Shown here piece by piece: positions 60,458-64,000 of a DNA stretch of 64,000 nt. The notes under the pieces are model-generated. The model saw only the letters and a program-made list of their open reading frames with translations, ran no database searches and was not told the DNA's origin. Position 1 is the stretch's first letter. Each line of letters opens with the position of its first letter. The position numbers and the translations under genes are program-made. This DNA comes from the human T2T-CHM13v2.0 reference genome, Homo sapiens. Where the stretch lies: NCBI RefSeq assembly GCF_009914755.1, contig NC_060929.1; one strand, 5' to 3'.

Positions 60458-63400
60458 TCAACCAAGATTTCACATAGCAATTCATCCCCCAAAACATGCT
60501 TTGTCTCCCTTGTTTTCTGGCTTTTCCACTTTTAGGATAAAAGCTTACAAAGAGTAACGCTGACAAAAAACTAGCCAGAGAGGAGCCAGTCCAAATCTTC
60601 CTAGCAGCCTACTTCTTTTTCATCCCTTCATTTCCGCATTTCCGTTCCTTCTCCTGTGAAGTATAGAGCTGACCGTGGACAAATCTAAATAGCCAGAGTT
60701 TCTTCTCTTCTTAGTATCCCCTCATTTTGAGGCCTCATAGGTTGCTCCTCTGGCCACCTGGCACCCTGTTTCTCTGATGAGATTACCCAGGATTTCTCAA
60801 CCAGAGATTTCTCTTACCCTCTATATTCTGGGTTTTCTCCTTATTTACCCATGATAAGCTTGCAGTTGTAGTTGAATTTAGCATTATAGTTGAAATGGAT
60901 ATGATGAGGCAATTCATAGGTGTAAATTTTAGAGAATAGTGTCGTGTGTTTTCTCAGGTAAAGGCCCTTTCATGAGAATAATTTATCGGTAAGCTGAAAA
61001 AAATAATATGTCAAACTGATGAGGAGGAATCCTTAGGGGAGAGGGTACTGAAATTCCATTATGTGTATGACTGGAGTGGACGCTGTCTCTCATCCTCCAC
61101 CTGGACCCTCCCACCCATACCCCCATAGTCATCCAACTACATCTCTGTGAGTCCTGCTGGGACTAAGCACTTGCAGAGGTCTCACAGCTACATCTCTCAC
61201 TGGATCAAGCCCTTAACCTCAGAGGTCCACCTCACTGGAGCCCTCTCCCCAGGGCAGCTGTGGCCAAAGATTGACAGACCCAGGAATGCAAATCCCTGCA
61301 CACCTCCCCTTCCCACTTGCCTCAATTTGTGACAACTCTGGGGAGCCACTCTCGTTTCTGACATCCACCCTCTCTCCCCTCCCCCCTCCCCCCAACCCGG
61401 CAGACACACACCCTTTGTTTTTGGATTCACTCATAACTACATTTTCAGGCTCTTCTCTCTCTACTTTCTCCTGCCCTCCCTACTTGCTTGTAGATTGTCT
61501 CCTGAAGTCACTCTGCAAGGAAACCTTCTGCTCTGTTTCCAAAAAATGCTCAATGCAAAACAGTGCTTCTCCTTGCATTCCTAAGGAGCTCAGTCAGCTT
61601 CTCATACATACTACTGTTTAGCAGAATATTGCTGCAGATAGCAGAGTAGCTAACACCTTTCACTGGGAAAAGGGGAGGTGCTGTGGGGAGAGCTGAAACC
61701 AAGATTACTTGGGGAAGAGTGAATAGAGGTCAGTGGGGGGCCTTGGCAATTATGGGTGCATAATAATGGGTCTCAGCATACCAGAGGAAAATCCTCGCCC
61801 CTGTCAGACAAGCTATCATTCCATTTTCACCTCCAACCTGCAAATTTCAAAATCGATCCTTTTTATATGTGCCCTGGATGTTGCAGGTGCAAAAACATTT
61901 CAGAACAAATGTGATCTGATCATTTGCCTATATATAGAGATCTTAATTATCACATTTATCCATTTTATTTCTTTTGAAAGGTTTTTAGAGGTTGTATATC
62001 AATGACATCCCTTCCGAAGGATTTGCATTTGAAAGGCTGTTGTTCAAATTTAATTCACATTTGACACAATGTTTTCTCTTGCAGAGCATTACAGAATATC
62101 TGAAAATCAGTTTTTAGCAGTCTCTATTCTACATCCCTCTGATCATCTCTCTTTTTATTAACAGTATATTCTAAGTGAATTTCATGTGTGTTGTGGAAGT
62201 GAAAAAAATCAGAAAATGTTCATATCCTTTATTCAGTCCCATTTTGATTTTTAAACTGCTCTTCTGTATTGTCTCTCCCATGGGGAGTACTGCCAAAAGG
62301 AGCCTGCAGGACAGTGTCTCTGGGCTTCCTGGGACTACGGGGGTCCAGAATAAGAATCGACCCGAAGGGAGCACAGTGTGTTGTTCATAGAGAGTCATGA
62401 TTAATATCTACCTCTGACTCTTTGCTCTTCTCCTGTGAGAGCAAGCCTGTATGAAATCACTCCACATGCCTGGATGGTTTGTTTTGCACGTCAAGCTCCA
62501 ACAGCTCTCAGTGAAAAACCAAGATTACATCCTCAAACCCAGGCTGAAGAGAGGGCTGTCTTTAAGGGTAGCAGAATGTTCAGATTTGCTCCTGGCAAAT
62601 CCTGTTATCTTAGGGGGAAAAAAAATTGAGGGTATTGATGAAGAGGCCCCTTTCTTTAAGAGGGCTGTCCAGTAAAGAGATGAGAGACAGCTGGAATTAG
62701 CAGCTATTTGTTTTGTATGCTTTTGTATGTTGTTTTTGTATTGGAACACATTTTGTTCCCATAGTTAGATATTTTTTATTTATTTACTTATTTTTTTACC
62801 CTTGGACGAGAAATACCGAAATCCAGATGCAAATGCAGGGTACAAAGTAAACTGCAGAATGGTATGCTGTCTCTGTATCATTGCTCGTTTTATAGGTTTT
62901 GTCAGTTTCTGAAAAACGGTGAAAGATAATTGGCCTGAGATGTAAAGCCACACTCGGCTGTTCCAAGGAACAAAGAAAGACAGCTTTAGCCCACAAGGCC
63001 ATATTTTGTGAAACATACTCTTCCTTTTTAATAATGAGCTGATACACAGTGCTTCTTCTCAGCACTGAAAAATCTGTAGTTTTCCCCCTGCAATGTTGTA
63101 CAAGGCATTTAAACTGGTGCCATTTGTAATGCTGTGGTCGGTCTCATTGAACAAGAAGAGCCTACACTTGTTATCTTAACGAAAGGCGGAATGGCTGTAG
63201 CGCTCTGGCATGGCTGTGTGAGAGCTGCAATATCCTTCCAACATATTTAACCTTAGGACGATAGCATCAGAAACAGCGATAGCAAATAATCAGGACCCAG
63301 AAGCTGTCATCCCAGCAACTATCATGATCTTTTGGGTGTATTCAATGTTTCCTGTTTAGAAGTGGGCAAATATTTGTCAAGAAATATAAATATGAAACTC

Positions 63401-63762
63401 TAACTAGGGAATTCAGGTGATGCCTAGAAGACAGAACAAGTAGCCAATACATCCCATGGGAATCATAAATATATTGTCCTAAAGAAAAAACATCCCCCAT
63501 TCAAACGTGACCACCCTGCTACACTTTAGGCACCACGGCATTGACAGAGGTGACTATGGTAACACCTCTGTCTTTCATTCTTACTTTCTTATTTGAATTC
63601 AGTCACCATTTTAATTTTTCTTTTGAAATCCCACTCCAACTACATGTTATTTTTTCTCATAATTTACTTGCCTTCTTCCCAGTCTACTCTGGATACAGCA
63701 GTCGAAGCTATCTTCTTAAAAGTAAATTTGATTACATTATCCTGTTAGGAATCTCCAATGGT

Positions 63763-64000
63763 GGCCAGGCGCGGTGGCTCTCACCTGTAATCCCAGCACT
63801 TTGGGAGGCTGAGGTGGGTGGATCACAAGGTCAGGAGTTCGAGACCAGCCTGGCCAATATGGTGAAACCTCGTCTCTACTAAAAATATGAAAATTAGCTG
63901 GGCGTGGTGGCACGCACCTGTAGTCCCAGCTGCTCGGGAGGCTGAGGCAGGAGAATCACTTGAACCTGGGAGGCAGAGGTTGCAGATAGCCAGATTGTGC
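63763..64000 (+). mobile_element. AluS SINE (runs off window end)
   Basis: Alu sense sequence from ggccaggcgcggtggctc. Confidence 0.95.

Overview
Human, AT-rich, repeat-dense intergenic or intronic DNA. A human-specific L1HS-Ta element supports the species call. I find no credible intact protein-coding gene, RNA gene or prokaryotic system, and almost all ORFs in the track come from Alu, L1, LTR or low-complexity sequence. The main content is mobile-element history. (1) A near-pristine, 5'-truncated RPLP0 retrocopy (13084-13465) with poly(A) and a perfect 10-bp TSD. (2) A young L1HS Ta-1 insertion (51363-52352) with a twin-priming 5' inversion and a perfect 17-bp TSD. Both are candidate polymorphic insertions. 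(3) A decayed, near full-length hAT-Tip100/Zaphod-like transposase fossil (~5520-8190), missed by the ORF track, with an MLT2A LTR nested in it and MER58A at its right edge. (4) An LTR9/MER61-type LTR nested in a MER52 LTR. (5) An old L1 with a similar inversion. (6) An unexplained mosaic of local duplications at 19.1-21.1 kb. There are also about 17 Alus, MaLR/ERV solo LTRs, MER1A, microsatellites and a few candidate cis-regulatory blocks. Repeat family names come from recalled consensus sequences, not database searches. I cannot support a claim of a novel biological system here.
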